Below, in pieces: positions 1-10,186 of a stretch of DNA of 64,000 nucleotides; position 1 is the stretch's first letter; every line of letters begins with the position of its first letter. Made by a program: the position numbers and the translations under genes. Origin of the DNA: an uncultured Gammaproteobacteria bacterium (GTDB taxonomy: Bacteria > Patescibacteriota > Microgenomatia > CAZETR01 > Amesbacteraceae). The stretch spans positions 104,220-168,219 of the forward strand of contig CAYHGA010000001.1 in assembly GCA_964356225.1 (NCBI GenBank), given 5' to 3'. Below the pieces are notes generated by a model, which was not told the origin of the DNA, ran no database searches, and saw only the letters and a list, made by a program, of their open reading frames with translations.

Positions 1-86
1 ACACAATCTCTTTTCCAATAAATGCCGGCCAATTTTCTTGGCCTGCTCTACACTCTCGCAAGTAATGTAAACCAAAATCATGTCAG

Positions 87-941
87 TCATAATTTTTTTA
101 TCCATTCTAATATAACTTCTGAAAATTCTGCCTCTTTGCCATCGTAGGTGTGGTTGGCGCCGGGGATTATTTTTGTAGTGAATGATTTACAATTTGTGGC
201 CATTGTTTTTAAGTCGTCTAGGTCTTTTTGGGCCGATTTGACGAACGAGTCGTCATTTTCTCCATAGATGGCGAGGACGGGCTGATGGATTGCTGAAATT
301 TCAGGGAGAATATCTGCTGGCCCGGATTTAGTAAATAGATCTACCGTTGTTTGAGAACTCAAATAATACCAGTTATAAATCTTGTGAGAAACAATTTTCA
401 AAGGATTACCTTGCGAAATATTTTTGTTGGCTTCTTCCAAAATCTCTGTAGGATTTGTTTCATATCTTTCGAATAATCCAACCATGTCTGCCGGAGAGGC
501 AAGAACGACCCCAACTACATTGGCTGGTGATTTCTTAGACATATAGTGAATAACCTTTGGTCCTCCTAGGCTATGTCCGGCTAGAATAATTTTTGAATAT
601 CCCAAATCAATCGCTGATTTAATCCAGGCGTCGATGTCAAAAACGCTTTCCTCGAACCTTTCATATGTTGTGCCAATCCGACGATATCTTTTTTGTTCGT
701 CTGAGATGGGCTGGTCTGCAACAATGAAGTCACTTATGTGGCCACTTCCTCTGTTGTGTCCGTAGAGAAAATTTATGTCGTTTTGTTGCAGAACTTTTCC
801 AAGGACATTTGCAAACTGGTTTTCTAAAATTGTCCCAGCCATTCCGTGGACAAAGACAACACACAAATCCTTTTCGCTTGAAGAATAGTAGGCTCCAGGG
901 AGAATCAGTTTGTCTTCGGTTGTGGTATAGATGAGATCCAT
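87..941 (-). CDS. alpha/beta-fold hydrolase
   Basis: 284 aa ORF. A GHSLGG nucleophile-elbow (GXSXG) motif follows an HGMAG oxyanion region. No close gene-level identification. Confidence 0.55.
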   Translation of the reverse strand: MDLIYTTTEDKLILPGAYYSSSEKDLCVVFVHGMAGTILENQFANVLGKVLQQNDINFLYGHNRGSGHISDFIVADQPISDEQKRYRRIGTTYERFEESVFDIDAWIKSAIDLGYSKIILAGHSLGGPKVIHYMSKKSPANVVGVVLASPADMVGLFERYETNPTEILEEANKNISQGNPLKIVSHKIYNWYYLSSQTTVDLFTKSGPADILPEISAIHQPVLAIYGENDDSFVKSAQKDLDDLKTMATNCKSFTTKIIPGANHTYDGKEAEFSEVILEWIKKL

Positions 942-942
942 A

Positions 943-1875
943 TTATTCTTCTAACTCCTTTACTTCTTCCAATTCACCGAGAGATTTAGTTTGGGAAAGT
1001 TTTTGGCCCATGAGAGTGAAGGATTGGTTGACGCTGCTCATGGTGTTGTAGGAATTGGTGACGTGGCGGCCGAGAGTGCCGAGATTTTCTTCCACTTTAG
1101 AGTAATCTTTTTGAATAGCGCGCAGGAGCTGGAAAACCTGGCGAGATTTGGTTTCCAGCTCTTTGCCCTGAAAAGATTGCAAAAGAACCTGGAGATGGGC
1201 GTATAAAGTATTTGGGGAAACCGGGTAAACACGAGAGTTGCGGGCGGCGACGCTTAATTCGCGGATATTGACGACTTCGTAATAAACTGATTCCGAAGGA
1301 ATATACATGAGAGCAAAATCCATGGTACCTTCGTCCGGGAGAATGTATTTTTTGGAAATATCGGTGATATGTTTTTTGACGTCCGCGATGAAGTCTTTTT
1401 TGGCGCCGTCTTCGCCTTTGACCATGCGGTTGAAATTTTCCATGGGGAATTTGGAGTCTATACACAGCAGGCCGGCGTCGGTTTTGAGAACTGCATCCAC
1501 AATACCTCCGGTTTTGAAACGGTATTGGAGATGGAAAGCGTTTTTGGGGAAAGTCTGGCCGATCATTTCCTTAAGAACTTCTTCACCGATGCCGCCCCGC
1601 AATTTAGGCGACTGTAAAAATTCCTGGAGGGATTTTATGCCCCGGCCGACTTCGGACATCTCTCCGAGGCTTTTATGGACGTCGGAAATTACTCTAGCGG
1701 CATTGTCTAGTCTGTCGTTAAGTTGCGAAGAAGTAGATTTAAGCCAATCAGTGAGAATGGGGTCGGCGGTAGGCTTTTGATTTAACCATTGGCGGAGTAA
1801 AAATAAAGTGATAGTAAAACCCGCTATAATTACTGCAATGACGAGAAGAAAAAGACCCATATTGAGTCTAATCAT
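943..1875 (-). CDS. rmuC: DNA recombination protein RmuC family
   Basis: N-terminal TM helix (MGLFLLVIAVIIAGF) followed by a long coiled-coil region. The C-terminal region (YILPDEGTMDFALMYIPSESVYYE, KFPMENF) is typical of RmuC. The track ORF extends upstream to 2130 with no plausible N-terminus, so I trimmed the start to the Met preceding the TM helix. Confidence 0.55.
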   Translation of the reverse strand: MIRLNMGLFLLVIAVIIAGFTITLFLLRQWLNQKPTADPILTDWLKSTSSQLNDRLDNAARVISDVHKSLGEMSEVGRGIKSLQEFLQSPKLRGGIGEEVLKEMIGQTFPKNAFHLQYRFKTGGIVDAVLKTDAGLLCIDSKFPMENFNRMVKGEDGAKKDFIADVKKHITDISKKYILPDEGTMDFALMYIPSESVYYEVVNIRELSVAARNSRVYPVSPNTLYAHLQVLLQSFQGKELETKSRQVFQLLRAIQKDYSKVEENLGTLGRHVTNSYNTMSSVNQSFTLMGQKLSQTKSLGELEEVKELEE

Positions 1876-2151
1876 AGCACTTCTGACCTGGATTGGGGTA
1901 GGGTTTATTGTTTGGAAACTTCCGCCCACCTGGTGGAGCGAGCTGTTGGTCGTCAGTCTTTTGTCGCTGGCGTTGATTTTGACGGTGGCATGGGGAATCG
2001 GAAAAAGAAAGCTGGGAGTGATGCTAGCGTTAGCAATAGTGGGACTGATTTTAATGCAGAGGTTTAGAATCTTGGAATGGACGACAATGGGACTGTGGCT
2101 GGTGGTAGTGGGGTTGATCTCTTTGGTCAATTAAAGTAGAATCCGAAACTG

Positions 2152-2511
2152 ATGCAAGTGTCTAAGAAAAAGGTTAATTCAGTTTTGGAAAAGCAGTTGT
2201 TCGCAATGCTGTGGCAATTAGTGGTGGATTTGAAGAATCCAAAAGAGGCGGAGGTTGTTTTATCTGATTTACTATCCACTACAGAGATTGCAACGGTGGC
2301 CAAAAGACTAGCGGTGGCGTATTGGCTGTCTAAAAAACGCAGCTATGAAAACATAAAACAGAATTTGAAAGTGTCTTCAGCTACAGTGGCGGAGGTGCAA
2401 AAAAATATGAAAAAGCCAGGATGGAAATTGGCGATGGTTAAAGTTACAGCTGATGAATGGGCTAATGTGTGGGAAGCGAAGATAAAGAAGTTAATAGTTC
2501 ATAGTTCATAG
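2152..2511 (+). CDS. TrpR/YerC-like helix-turn-helix protein
   Basis: 119 aa. The segment LSDLLSTTEIATVAKRLAVAYWLSKKRSYENIKQNLKVSSATVAEV matches the TrpR-related YerC/YecD pattern (LLTPxEixaLaqRlqva, SYreIaeetGvStATIsRV). Confidence 0.45.
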   Translation: MQVSKKKVNSVLEKQLFAMLWQLVVDLKNPKEAEVVLSDLLSTTEIATVAKRLAVAYWLSKKRSYENIKQNLKVSSATVAEVQKNMKKPGWKLAMVKVTADEWANVWEAKIKKLIVHSS

Positions 2512-3711
2512 TAAAAACACCCCATTTAGATAAATAACTTTTGAAGACCCATTGGACAAATATGCAGTAACGGTGCGGCGGGTGGTAGAAATAATATCGG
2601 TGTGGACTACAGAATCATTAAATCCCCAGCTGGTCCATTGGGATTTGGTGATTTTGGCAGGATTGCCGGTATACGAATCCTGGTAGGCCCGACCCAGAGC
2701 AATGTGAGTATTGCCGAAGGGACCGGAAATATTTTCATCGAAAAGGGTCTCGGCCATGAATTTATTAATCCGGGATAATCTTTTGTCGGTTAAAGAAAAT
2801 TCGCCGATTTTATCGGCATTGGGATTTTTTAACATGGCTTGAAGAACAGAATAATTTTTGGTGGCTAAACTTTTGACGACCAAGCCGTTTTGAAAATCTA
2901 ATTTAATGCTTTCAATTAAGCTGCCATATCTATAGAGGGGTTGATCAAATTCAATATGACCTTGGGTCCCCCGCCAGTCGGGGGAAATAAAAACTTCGAA
3001 GCTGGGAATATTGCGGCCTGACCCGCCTAACCATTTACGGTTGGGGCCAATCTTGACCCAGAGATCAATTGTGTCTGCCTGGATATGCAGTTTGTCGATC
3101 TTTAAGGAATTTAATTTTTTGAGAATTTGGGAATTTTGGGCAAAGACCTCCTTCCACTTTTTAATAGGATCCTGTTCGTCCAGAAAGCAGGCTTTAATAA
3201 TTTGGTCCCAATACCCTTTTTGGGAGAGTCCAGCCTCTTTGGCCATGACGGGAGTGCCATAAAGGGCCAGCGTCCAGGTGTACTTTCCGGCATTTTCTTT
3301 AGTATCTAACCATTCGATGTATGGTTTGGCGGAGGCACTTTTGGACATGATTTTGGCGGGATCTATGCCTTCAAGTTCGTGTTTATTGGTTTCGGAAATG
3401 ATAGAAATGGAGTGGTCGATCTGGTCAGCCAGTCCTTTGAGGTATTTGCGGGGAAAAAATTTCAGTTGGTCTGACGTGGCGAGTTCGAAAAATTCTCGAG
3501 AAATATCGTCTGCTATATAATTTGAGATGACGTGGCCACCGGAACGGAGAATCTGATTACGGACTTCTATATATAGAGGTTTGGCGGATTCGGAAACATT
3601 CAGACGAATAACGTCACCCTTTTTGATGCCTTTTCCGGAATTAAGAGCGAAGTTGACCAGGACTTGGGCGTATTTTTCGAGAATGGCTTTCGGGGGCGTG
3701 AAGTTTGTCAT
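2506..3711 (-). CDS. M29 family aminopeptidase (AmpS/PepS-like)
   Basis: The N-terminus MTNFTPPKAILEKYAQVLVNFALNSGKGIKKGDVIRLNV resembles M29 aminopeptidase starts. Length is about 400 aa. Start set to the internal Met so the gene does not overlap the metG start. Confidence 0.65.
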   Translation of the reverse strand: MTNFTPPKAILEKYAQVLVNFALNSGKGIKKGDVIRLNVSESAKPLYIEVRNQILRSGGHVISNYIADDISREFFELATSDQLKFFPRKYLKGLADQIDHSISIISETNKHELEGIDPAKIMSKSASAKPYIEWLDTKENAGKYTWTLALYGTPVMAKEAGLSQKGYWDQIIKACFLDEQDPIKKWKEVFAQNSQILKKLNSLKIDKLHIQADTIDLWVKIGPNRKWLGGSGRNIPSFEVFISPDWRGTQGHIEFDQPLYRYGSLIESIKLDFQNGLVVKSLATKNYSVLQAMLKNPNADKIGEFSLTDKRLSRINKFMAETLFDENISGPFGNTHIALGRAYQDSYTGNPAKITKSQWTSWGFNDSVVHTDIISTTRRTVTAYLSNGSSKVIYLNGVFLL

Positions 3712-3739
3712 GGGCGGGACTATAGCATAAAATACGCAT

Positions 3740-5173
3740 ATGGACAAAAAGTTTTACATTACTGCAGCTATTCCGTATGTCAATGCTAAACCGCATATTG
3801 GGCACGTTCTGGAATTTGTGCAAACGGATACTGTTGCACGGTACCACAAATTGCTAGGTGAAGAAGTGCTGGCATTGTCCGGCGGGGATGAAAATGCCTT
3901 GAAAAATGTGCAGGCGGCGGAGAAGGCCGGGGAGCCAATTAAAGAATTTATTGACAGAAATACGCAGCTTTTTTATGAACTGACAAAAAAACTGAATGTG
4001 CAATTTAACGTGTGGCAAAAAGGCAGCGACCAAAAAACACATTTTCCTTCCAGCCAGAAATTATGGAAACTGTGCAAGAAAGATATCTATACGAAAAAAT
4101 ATAAAGGCTTGTACTGCGTAGGGTGTGAGACGTTTTATGAGAAAGAAGAATTAAATGAAAACGGAGAATGTTTTGAGCATCCCGGGAAAAAATTAGACGA
4201 GGTGGAAGAAGAAAATTATTTTTTCCGGTTGTCCAAGTATCAAGAACAATTAATGAAACTTATTGAATCCGGTGGGTTGGAAATTGTTCCTGAAGAGAGA
4301 AAAAACGAAGTATTGGCTTTTTTGAAAGGCGGTTTGCAAGATATCAGCATTTCCAGATCAAACGAAAGGGCTAAAAATTGGGGAGTGCCAGTGCCGGGAG
4401 ACGACAAGCAGAGAATTTATGTGTGGTTTGATGCTTTAAATATTTACCAGTCGGGAATTGGGTTTGGGTGGGATGAAGAAAAATATACTAAATGGTGGCC
4501 GGCAGATGTACATGTGATAGGTAAAGGAATTATCCGCTTCCACGCAGTATACTGGCCTGCGTTTTTACTTTCCGCCGGACTGAAGCTACCCAAAAAAATC
4601 TTCGTACATGGATATTACACAGTGAATGGACAAAAAATGTCCAAAACACTGGGAAACGTGTATGATCCCCTACCGCTTTTAGAGAAATACGGAGCCGACC
4701 CACTGCGATATTATTGCCTAGCCAAAACTCCGCCGTTTACGGACGGGGATTTTTCAGAAGAAAAATTCATCGAGGCTTATAATTCGGATCTTGCTAATGG
4801 ATTAGGAAATTTGGTGGCCAGGGTGGCGAAACTTGCGGAGCGGGTGAATATTCAATATTCAATATTCAATATCCAATATCCAGATAATAGATTTAAAGAT
4901 ATTAAAAACTTGTTGGATAAATTTAGATTTGATGAAGCGTTAAAAACGATTTGGGGATGGATTTCTGAATTGGATCAACAAATTGAGAAAGACCAGCCGT
5001 GGAAATTGGAGGGGAAGGATCTGGAACAAATTCTGGCGGGCTACCGGGAGAATATTTTGAAAATTGCGACTGCATTACAACCATTCTTACCCCAGACGGC
5101 TGAAAAAGTGCTTAAACAGTTTTCGGGGCCGGAGATTAAAAGTGAATCTCCTTTGTTTCCGAGAATCAAATGA
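3740..5173 (+). CDS. metG: methionyl-tRNA synthetase (short form)
   Basis: Class I HIGH motif (AKPHIGHVLEF) and KMSKS motif (KMSKTLGNV). Overall MetRS architecture including the CxxC zinc knuckle region (CVGCETF). Confidence 0.85.
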   Translation: MDKKFYITAAIPYVNAKPHIGHVLEFVQTDTVARYHKLLGEEVLALSGGDENALKNVQAAEKAGEPIKEFIDRNTQLFYELTKKLNVQFNVWQKGSDQKTHFPSSQKLWKLCKKDIYTKKYKGLYCVGCETFYEKEELNENGECFEHPGKKLDEVEEENYFFRLSKYQEQLMKLIESGGLEIVPEERKNEVLAFLKGGLQDISISRSNERAKNWGVPVPGDDKQRIYVWFDALNIYQSGIGFGWDEEKYTKWWPADVHVIGKGIIRFHAVYWPAFLLSAGLKLPKKIFVHGYYTVNGQKMSKTLGNVYDPLPLLEKYGADPLRYYCLAKTPPFTDGDFSEEKFIEAYNSDLANGLGNLVARVAKLAERVNIQYSIFNIQYPDNRFKDIKNLLDKFRFDEALKTIWGWISELDQQIEKDQPWKLEGKDLEQILAGYRENILKIATALQPFLPQTAEKVLKQFSGPEIKSESPLFPRIK

Positions 5174-5940
5174 TTGACGCCCACTGCCATTTGCAGGAGT
5201 TTGAGGATATACAGGCAATCGTAAGCAGCGCAGGCAAGGCAGGCATTGCGGGCATGATTTGTTGTGGAGCTGATCTGGAAAGTTCAAAAAAAGCTATCGA
5301 AATAGCTGAAAAGTTTGAGCAAGTCTATGCGACTGTTGGATGTCATCCTGACCAAATTTTTAATTTTAAATTTTTAATATCGAGCCCCCTCTCGCGCTTC
5401 GCGAATAATCAATTTTTAAAATTGGCAAAATCTAAAAAAGTCGTGGCTATTGGAGAGTGCGGGCTGGATTTTTTACCAGAGACAAGAAAAGAAGAGAAAA
5501 GTGCTCAGAGAGAATTGCTGAAATTTAATATTGATTTGGCGAAAAAGGCGAGGTTGCCATTAGTGGTGCATTGTAGGAACGCCTTCGCAGATATATTTGA
5601 GATAGTGGATTATGACAAGGTGCAAATGCATTGCTTTACGGGGAATATGGAACAAATGCAGGAATGTGTGAGGCGGGGATGGTATATAAGTTTCGGGGGA
5701 ATTGTGACTTTTAAAAGCAGTCAGGAATTACGAGAGGTGGCGAAGGCGGTGCCGGAGGATAAATTGCTGGTTGAGACAGACGCGCCATATTTGGCTCCAG
5801 AGCCGGTGCGGGGTTCGCGAAACATGCCTACAAATGTTAAAATTGTGGCGGCCAAAATAGCTGAAGTGCGAGGTACTTCAATTAATCAAATTGAAGAAGT
5901 TACTACCGAGAACGCCCGGTTATTTTTTGGATTGAGATGA
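5170..5940 (+). CDS. tatD: TatD family hydrolase
   Basis: MIDAHCHL start, AIGECGLD motif, and HCRNA / ETDAPYL motifs, all typical of TatD DNases. The start overlaps the metG stop (ATGA). Confidence 0.8.
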   Translation: MIDAHCHLQEFEDIQAIVSSAGKAGIAGMICCGADLESSKKAIEIAEKFEQVYATVGCHPDQIFNFKFLISSPLSRFANNQFLKLAKSKKVVAIGECGLDFLPETRKEEKSAQRELLKFNIDLAKKARLPLVVHCRNAFADIFEIVDYDKVQMHCFTGNMEQMQECVRRGWYISFGGIVTFKSSQELREVAKAVPEDKLLVETDAPYLAPEPVRGSRNMPTNVKIVAAKIAEVRGTSINQIEEVTTENARLFFGLR

Positions 5941-7397
5941 CCAAAAGGAGATTATTAGAAATCGTGCCGGGGTTTTTGAGCTGGAACATTATTTTATTTT
6001 TGTTTTGGGGCGGATATTTTTTTCCGGAAATTACTGCGTACTCCATTCTATTATTCGAGGTCTTTTGGGTATACAAGGGAATTTCGCTGGTAGCCGCCGC
6101 CGGTGTGTCTTATATTAAAATCCAGGCGGCGGAAAAATTGAACTGGATGGAAGAGGTGAAAGGGTTCGGAGACTTTAAAAAGGTGAGACACATTGTGCTT
6201 GTGATGGTGGCCAATGAACCCGTAGAAGTCTATAAGAGGACTCTCGAGGCTTTGGCACAACAAACCTTTCCTTTAAGACAATTAGCGGTGGTGATGGCCA
6301 CTGAAGAAAGGTTTCCTAACGGGGCTGTGGAATGTGAAGAGTTAAGAAAAACCTTAGGAAAAAAATTTGGAGACTATATTGTCTCGGTTCATCCCGCAGA
6401 TATCGCGGGAGAAATTAAGGGCAAATCTTCAAACGAGGCTTGGGCCGCCCGGGAAGCCAAAAGGGTTCTGGTAGATAAGAAAAAGTATGACATTAAATAC
6501 ATCACAATTACTTCAAACGACGCAGATGCGATTTTACACCGTCAATACTTCGCGTATTTAACTTTTAAGTTTCTGGACGATCCCAATAGGTATCTGAAAT
6601 TCTGGCAACCGGCAATCGTTTTCTATAACAATATTTGGAGACTGCCGGCCCCCAGCCGGGTGGTAAATACTTTTTCGAATATTTGGCAAGTGGGCTTGCT
6701 GTCCCGTAAAGACCGATTGGTTAATTTTTCCAATTATTCGGCGTCGCTGTCTATGATAGACAAGGTGGGGTACTGGGATACGGACGTGATCCCGGAAGAC
6801 TATAGAATATTTTTTAAAGCCTTTTTCAAATTAGATGGGCAAGTGGAAGTGGAACCGATCTTTTTGCCGTCTTCGGCTGACGCGGCAGAGTCGACTTCTA
6901 TCTGGAAAACATTTATAAACGACTACGAACAGAAAAAAAGATGGGCGTGGGGAGTTTCTGATCTGCCGTTGTTTATCCGCTGGTACCTGAAGGAGCCCAA
7001 GGTTTCATTTTTTAACAAATCTATCCGCATCTTTAGATTACTGGAAGATCATATTATGTGGCCGGTGTATTGGTTTTTTATCACCATGGGGGTAACTATC
7101 TCAACACTGGTTAATCCTAATTTCAGCAGGACATCAATAGGATATATGCTACCAAAGTTTTCATCCACCATTTTGTCAGTTACGACTATTTTTCTTTTGT
7201 TTCTGCTAATTTTTGAGTTTAGGTTGCGGCCAAAACCTGCGAAAAAGAAATTTTTGAGAATGTTAGTGGCCCCGTTAGAATTAATATGGATGCCGGTGGT
7301 AGGATTTTTCTTCGGGGCCTTGCCTGGATTGGACGCCCATACAAGGCTTATGCTTGGGCGCTATCTTGAATACCGGGTCACGGAAAAGGTAGGATAA
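5937..7397 (+). CDS. membrane glycosyltransferase, family 2-like
   Basis: N-terminal TM helices. GT-A-like core (HIVLVMVANEP...ALAQQTFP, TSNDADAIL as a DxD-like motif). C-terminal multi-TM region. Translationally coupled to tatD. Confidence 0.55.
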   Translation: MTKRRLLEIVPGFLSWNIILFLFWGGYFFPEITAYSILLFEVFWVYKGISLVAAAGVSYIKIQAAEKLNWMEEVKGFGDFKKVRHIVLVMVANEPVEVYKRTLEALAQQTFPLRQLAVVMATEERFPNGAVECEELRKTLGKKFGDYIVSVHPADIAGEIKGKSSNEAWAAREAKRVLVDKKKYDIKYITITSNDADAILHRQYFAYLTFKFLDDPNRYLKFWQPAIVFYNNIWRLPAPSRVVNTFSNIWQVGLLSRKDRLVNFSNYSASLSMIDKVGYWDTDVIPEDYRIFFKAFFKLDGQVEVEPIFLPSSADAAESTSIWKTFINDYEQKKRWAWGVSDLPLFIRWYLKEPKVSFFNKSIRIFRLLEDHIMWPVYWFFITMGVTISTLVNPNFSRTSIGYMLPKFSSTILSVTTIFLLFLLIFEFRLRPKPAKKKFLRMLVAPLELIWMPVVGFFFGALPGLDAHTRLMLGRYLEYRVTEKVG

Positions 7398-7401
7398 GGT
7401 T

Positions 7402-8805
7402 ATGCGCAGGTGGTTGGTGGTACATGAGGCAATATTGATGATTTTGGCAGGAGTGGTTTTTTTGCGAATCCCCAGCCTGTTTGAGCCGTATTGGTATGGA
7501 GACGAAGGAATATATCTGACGATCGGGCGGGCGATGCGACACGGGGTGGAACTATATAAAGGAATTCACGACAACAAGCCGCCTTTGATATATACACTGG
7601 CGGCGGTAGCTGACGGGAAGCAATTTTGGTTTAAATTTATTCTGCTGCTGTGGGGTGTGGCTACAGTGGCCGTATTTTGGAATGTATCCCGATACAAGAT
7701 CTGGCCAACGGTGATTTTTGCTGCACTGACTACTTTACCGTTACTGGAAGGCAACATCGCCAATGCAGAATTGTTTTTCTTGTTGTTGACGGTAAGCGCG
7801 TTTGGCCTGGTGTGGAAAAATGACAGCCTGAAAAATATATTCGGAGCGGGGGTTCTGTATGGGATGGCGGGATTGTTTAAAACGCCAGGACTTTTGGAGG
7901 TAGCGGTATGGCCTACTATATGGCTAGTTACCCGGGACCGGGGATGGTTTAAAAAATCGTTTTGGATGGGGGTGGGGGCAGTCATACCGACGGGGCTAGC
8001 CGTTGTCTATTTTTTGGGACGAGGGACACTTCCAGAATTTATGACGGCAGTGGGAATTAAAATGATCCCCTATTTGTCTAGCTGGAATGTGGGGTTACCC
8101 ATTATTGGATCACTCTCGGGGAGGGCCATGTTATTGGTTGGTTGGTTAGGTGTTTTATGGTTAGTGGGAAGAAAAGTACCGAGAACGGTAGTAATTATGG
8201 GAGTGTGGTGGGGGATAGCGCTGTTTTCGGCTTTGCTTTCCGGCCGGCCGTATCCACATTACCTGCTGCAGTTGGTGCCGGTGGTGAGTCTGGTGGCGGG
8301 GGCCGTAGTTTGGGAAGAGAAGAGGGGGAAAATTTTGTGGCTAACAATGGTGGTGACAACAGTTGCGGCTGTGAGCTTATTTAAATTTTATGCGTACCCG
8401 GTGGTGAGCTACTACCAAAATTGGGGCAAGTGGGTAGTGGGGGGGCAGAGCTATGAAACATACACACAATGGTTTAATCCCCAAGTGAAAAACAATTATG
8501 AGATAGCGAAACTGGTAATGGCGGGGAGCCGAGAGAATGAGAAAATTTTTGTGTGGGGAGATCAGCCCATGATTTACGCATTGGCACGCAGGCTACCGGC
8601 AACTAAATACACGGTGGCATATCATGTTAAAGAGTTTGGGGCAGAAAAAGAGACTATAGAAAAATTGCAGCAGACTCCGCCGCGGTATGTAGTGTTGTGG
8701 GGAAACGGAGAAGATCTTCCGGGCTTGACGGAACTATTGAGGCAAGATTACATCCGGGAACAAAAAGAGGGAGAAGCCCAAATATATAGTCTATGGAAAA
8801 TCTGA
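7402..8805 (+). CDS. GT-C glycosyltransferase of PMT/ArnT (GT39/GT83) type
   Basis: Polytopic protein whose first loop has the characteristic YWYGDEGIYLTIGRAM motif of ArnT/PMT-like polyprenyl-phosphate-sugar-dependent transferases. About 10 TM helices, then a soluble C-terminal domain. Confidence 0.6.
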   Translation: MRRWLVVHEAILMILAGVVFLRIPSLFEPYWYGDEGIYLTIGRAMRHGVELYKGIHDNKPPLIYTLAAVADGKQFWFKFILLLWGVATVAVFWNVSRYKIWPTVIFAALTTLPLLEGNIANAELFFLLLTVSAFGLVWKNDSLKNIFGAGVLYGMAGLFKTPGLLEVAVWPTIWLVTRDRGWFKKSFWMGVGAVIPTGLAVVYFLGRGTLPEFMTAVGIKMIPYLSSWNVGLPIIGSLSGRAMLLVGWLGVLWLVGRKVPRTVVIMGVWWGIALFSALLSGRPYPHYLLQLVPVVSLVAGAVVWEEKRGKILWLTMVVTTVAAVSLFKFYAYPVVSYYQNWGKWVVGGQSYETYTQWFNPQVKNNYEIAKLVMAGSRENEKIFVWGDQPMIYALARRLPATKYTVAYHVKEFGAEKETIEKLQQTPPRYVVLWGNGEDLPGLTELLRQDYIREQKEGEAQIYSLWKI

Positions 8806-9128
8806 AGAAAAAATTGGGGCTGTGGAATTGGCGGGTGGTGGCTGCCGGAATAGTGGTGGGGTGGGGACTGACGGTTATATATTGGAAGAGCTTGCCACCA
8901 GAAGTGCCGCTGTTATATAGCCGGCCCTGGGGGCAGGACCAGCTGGTCAGCCCTTATTTTTTGGTAATTCCGCCGATATTTTCGGCCGGGGTGGGGATAC
9001 TTTTGGGCTGGGTAGCTAATAAGTCAGAGGAAGAAAAACTGCTGCCGATTATCATTTTGGTATCGAGCATGGTAGTGCAGATAATTACTGTTTTGGGGTT
9101 AGTGAGAATTGTAATGCTGGTTGTATGA
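8793..9128 (+). CDS. small membrane protein (2-3 TM), function unknown
   Basis: 111 aa hydrophobic ORF. It is translationally coupled between the GT-C gene and the WecA-like gene. Confidence 0.35.
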   Translation: MENLKKKLGLWNWRVVAAGIVVGWGLTVIYWKSLPPEVPLLYSRPWGQDQLVSPYFLVIPPIFSAGVGILLGWVANKSEEEKLLPIIILVSSMVVQIITVLGLVRIVMLVV

Positions 9129-10186
9129 TTGCCTTCCTGATGGCGGCTGCTATTTCCTGGATAGTAACCAGGTGGGTAGTTCAGAATGGCAAAATTTTAG
9201 GAATCATTGACGATCCCAAACAGCACAAACATCCCAAGGTGGTGCACGAGCGTCCCGTACCGCGAGGTGGGGGGATACCCATTTTTGCGGCCCTGATGAC
9301 TATTCTGGTATTTTCCGGCGGAAGTAAACAAATCTGGGGGGTAATTATTGGCGCAGCGATCTTGGCTATAGTGGGTTTCCTGGACGACAGGTATGAGGAA
9401 AAAATATCGCCGTATGTCCGGTTGGGAGTAAATATCCTGGCGGCTCTAGTGGTTATCGGATCCGGAATTGGCATTGCCTATATTACTAGCCCTTGGGGAG
9501 GAGTGATCGATTTATCGTGGCCAAGATGGTGCCTGGGAACACACTGTGTGTGGATTTGGGCAGATGTGTTCGCCTTGATATGGCTGGTGGCGATGCAAAA
9601 TATTGTGGGTTGGAGCAGCGGCGTGGACGGGCAGTTGCCGGGGTTTGTAATAATTGCGGCTATTACTATTGCCCTTTTGGGGTGGAAATTTAACGCGGAT
9701 TTCGGGCAGTGGCCGGTGATTATACTGGCGGCGGTAGTAGCCGGAGCCTACGCGGGATTTTTGCCGTGGAATTGGTATCCACAAAAAATTATGCCGGGGT
9801 ATGGAGGAAAAAGTCTAGCGGGGTTTCTTTTGGGAGTACTGGCCATTATGTCCGGGGCTAAAGTAGGAGCGATGATGCTGGTGCTAGGAATTCCCTTTAT
9901 CGACGCCGCTCTAGTCATAATTAAGCGGTTGCGGGAAGGACGAAGTCCGGTGTGGGGGGGGGACGAACACCTGCACCATTACTTGCTGAAACGGGGGTGG
10001 GGAAAAAGAAGGATCGCCTTGTTCTATTGGATGGCTGCGGCATTAATGGCAGTGGCCGTTTTGCGATTGAATAGTGAATGGAAGTACTTTACAATGGCCA
10101 CAGCTATCCTAGTAATTGGGGGAGTGATTTTATGGTTGCAAGGATTTTTGACTTATTCAAAACGGCCCGACCCCGACAGTGGGTGA
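9125..10186 (+). CDS. polyprenyl-phosphate N-acetylhexosamine-1-phosphate transferase (MraY/WecA family, GT4)
   Basis: Multi-TM protein carrying the DDxxE/D motif (FLDDRYEEK) and overall MraY/WecA topology, with a VWGGDEHLHHY-like C-terminal loop. Confidence 0.65.
   Translation: MIAFLMAAAISWIVTRWVVQNGKILGIIDDPKQHKHPKVVHERPVPRGGGIPIFAALMTILVFSGGSKQIWGVIIGAAILAIVGFLDDRYEEKISPYVRLGVNILAALVVIGSGIGIAYITSPWGGVIDLSWPRWCLGTHCVWIWADVFALIWLVAMQNIVGWSSGVDGQLPGFVIIAAITIALLGWKFNADFGQWPVIILAAVVAGAYAGFLPWNWYPQKIMPGYGGKSLAGFLLGVLAIMSGAKVGAMMLVLGIPFIDAALVIIKRLREGRSPVWGGDEHLHHYLLKRGWGKRRIALFYWMAAALMAVAVLRLNSEWKYFTMATAILVIGGVILWLQGFLTYSKRPDPDSG

Noticed and set aside
991-1780. Several 60-160-aa ORFs on both strands inside the rmuC body
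   Set aside because: They are nested within a longer ORF that has family-level similarity.

They are typical spurious antisense or out-of-frame ORFs.
1808-2134. 108-aa plus-strand hydrophobic ORF upstream of the YerC-like gene
   Set aside because: It overlaps the N-terminal TM region of the minus-strand RmuC-like gene. The hydrophobicity is probably the antisense reading of that TM segment.

I kept RmuC and did not call this ORF.
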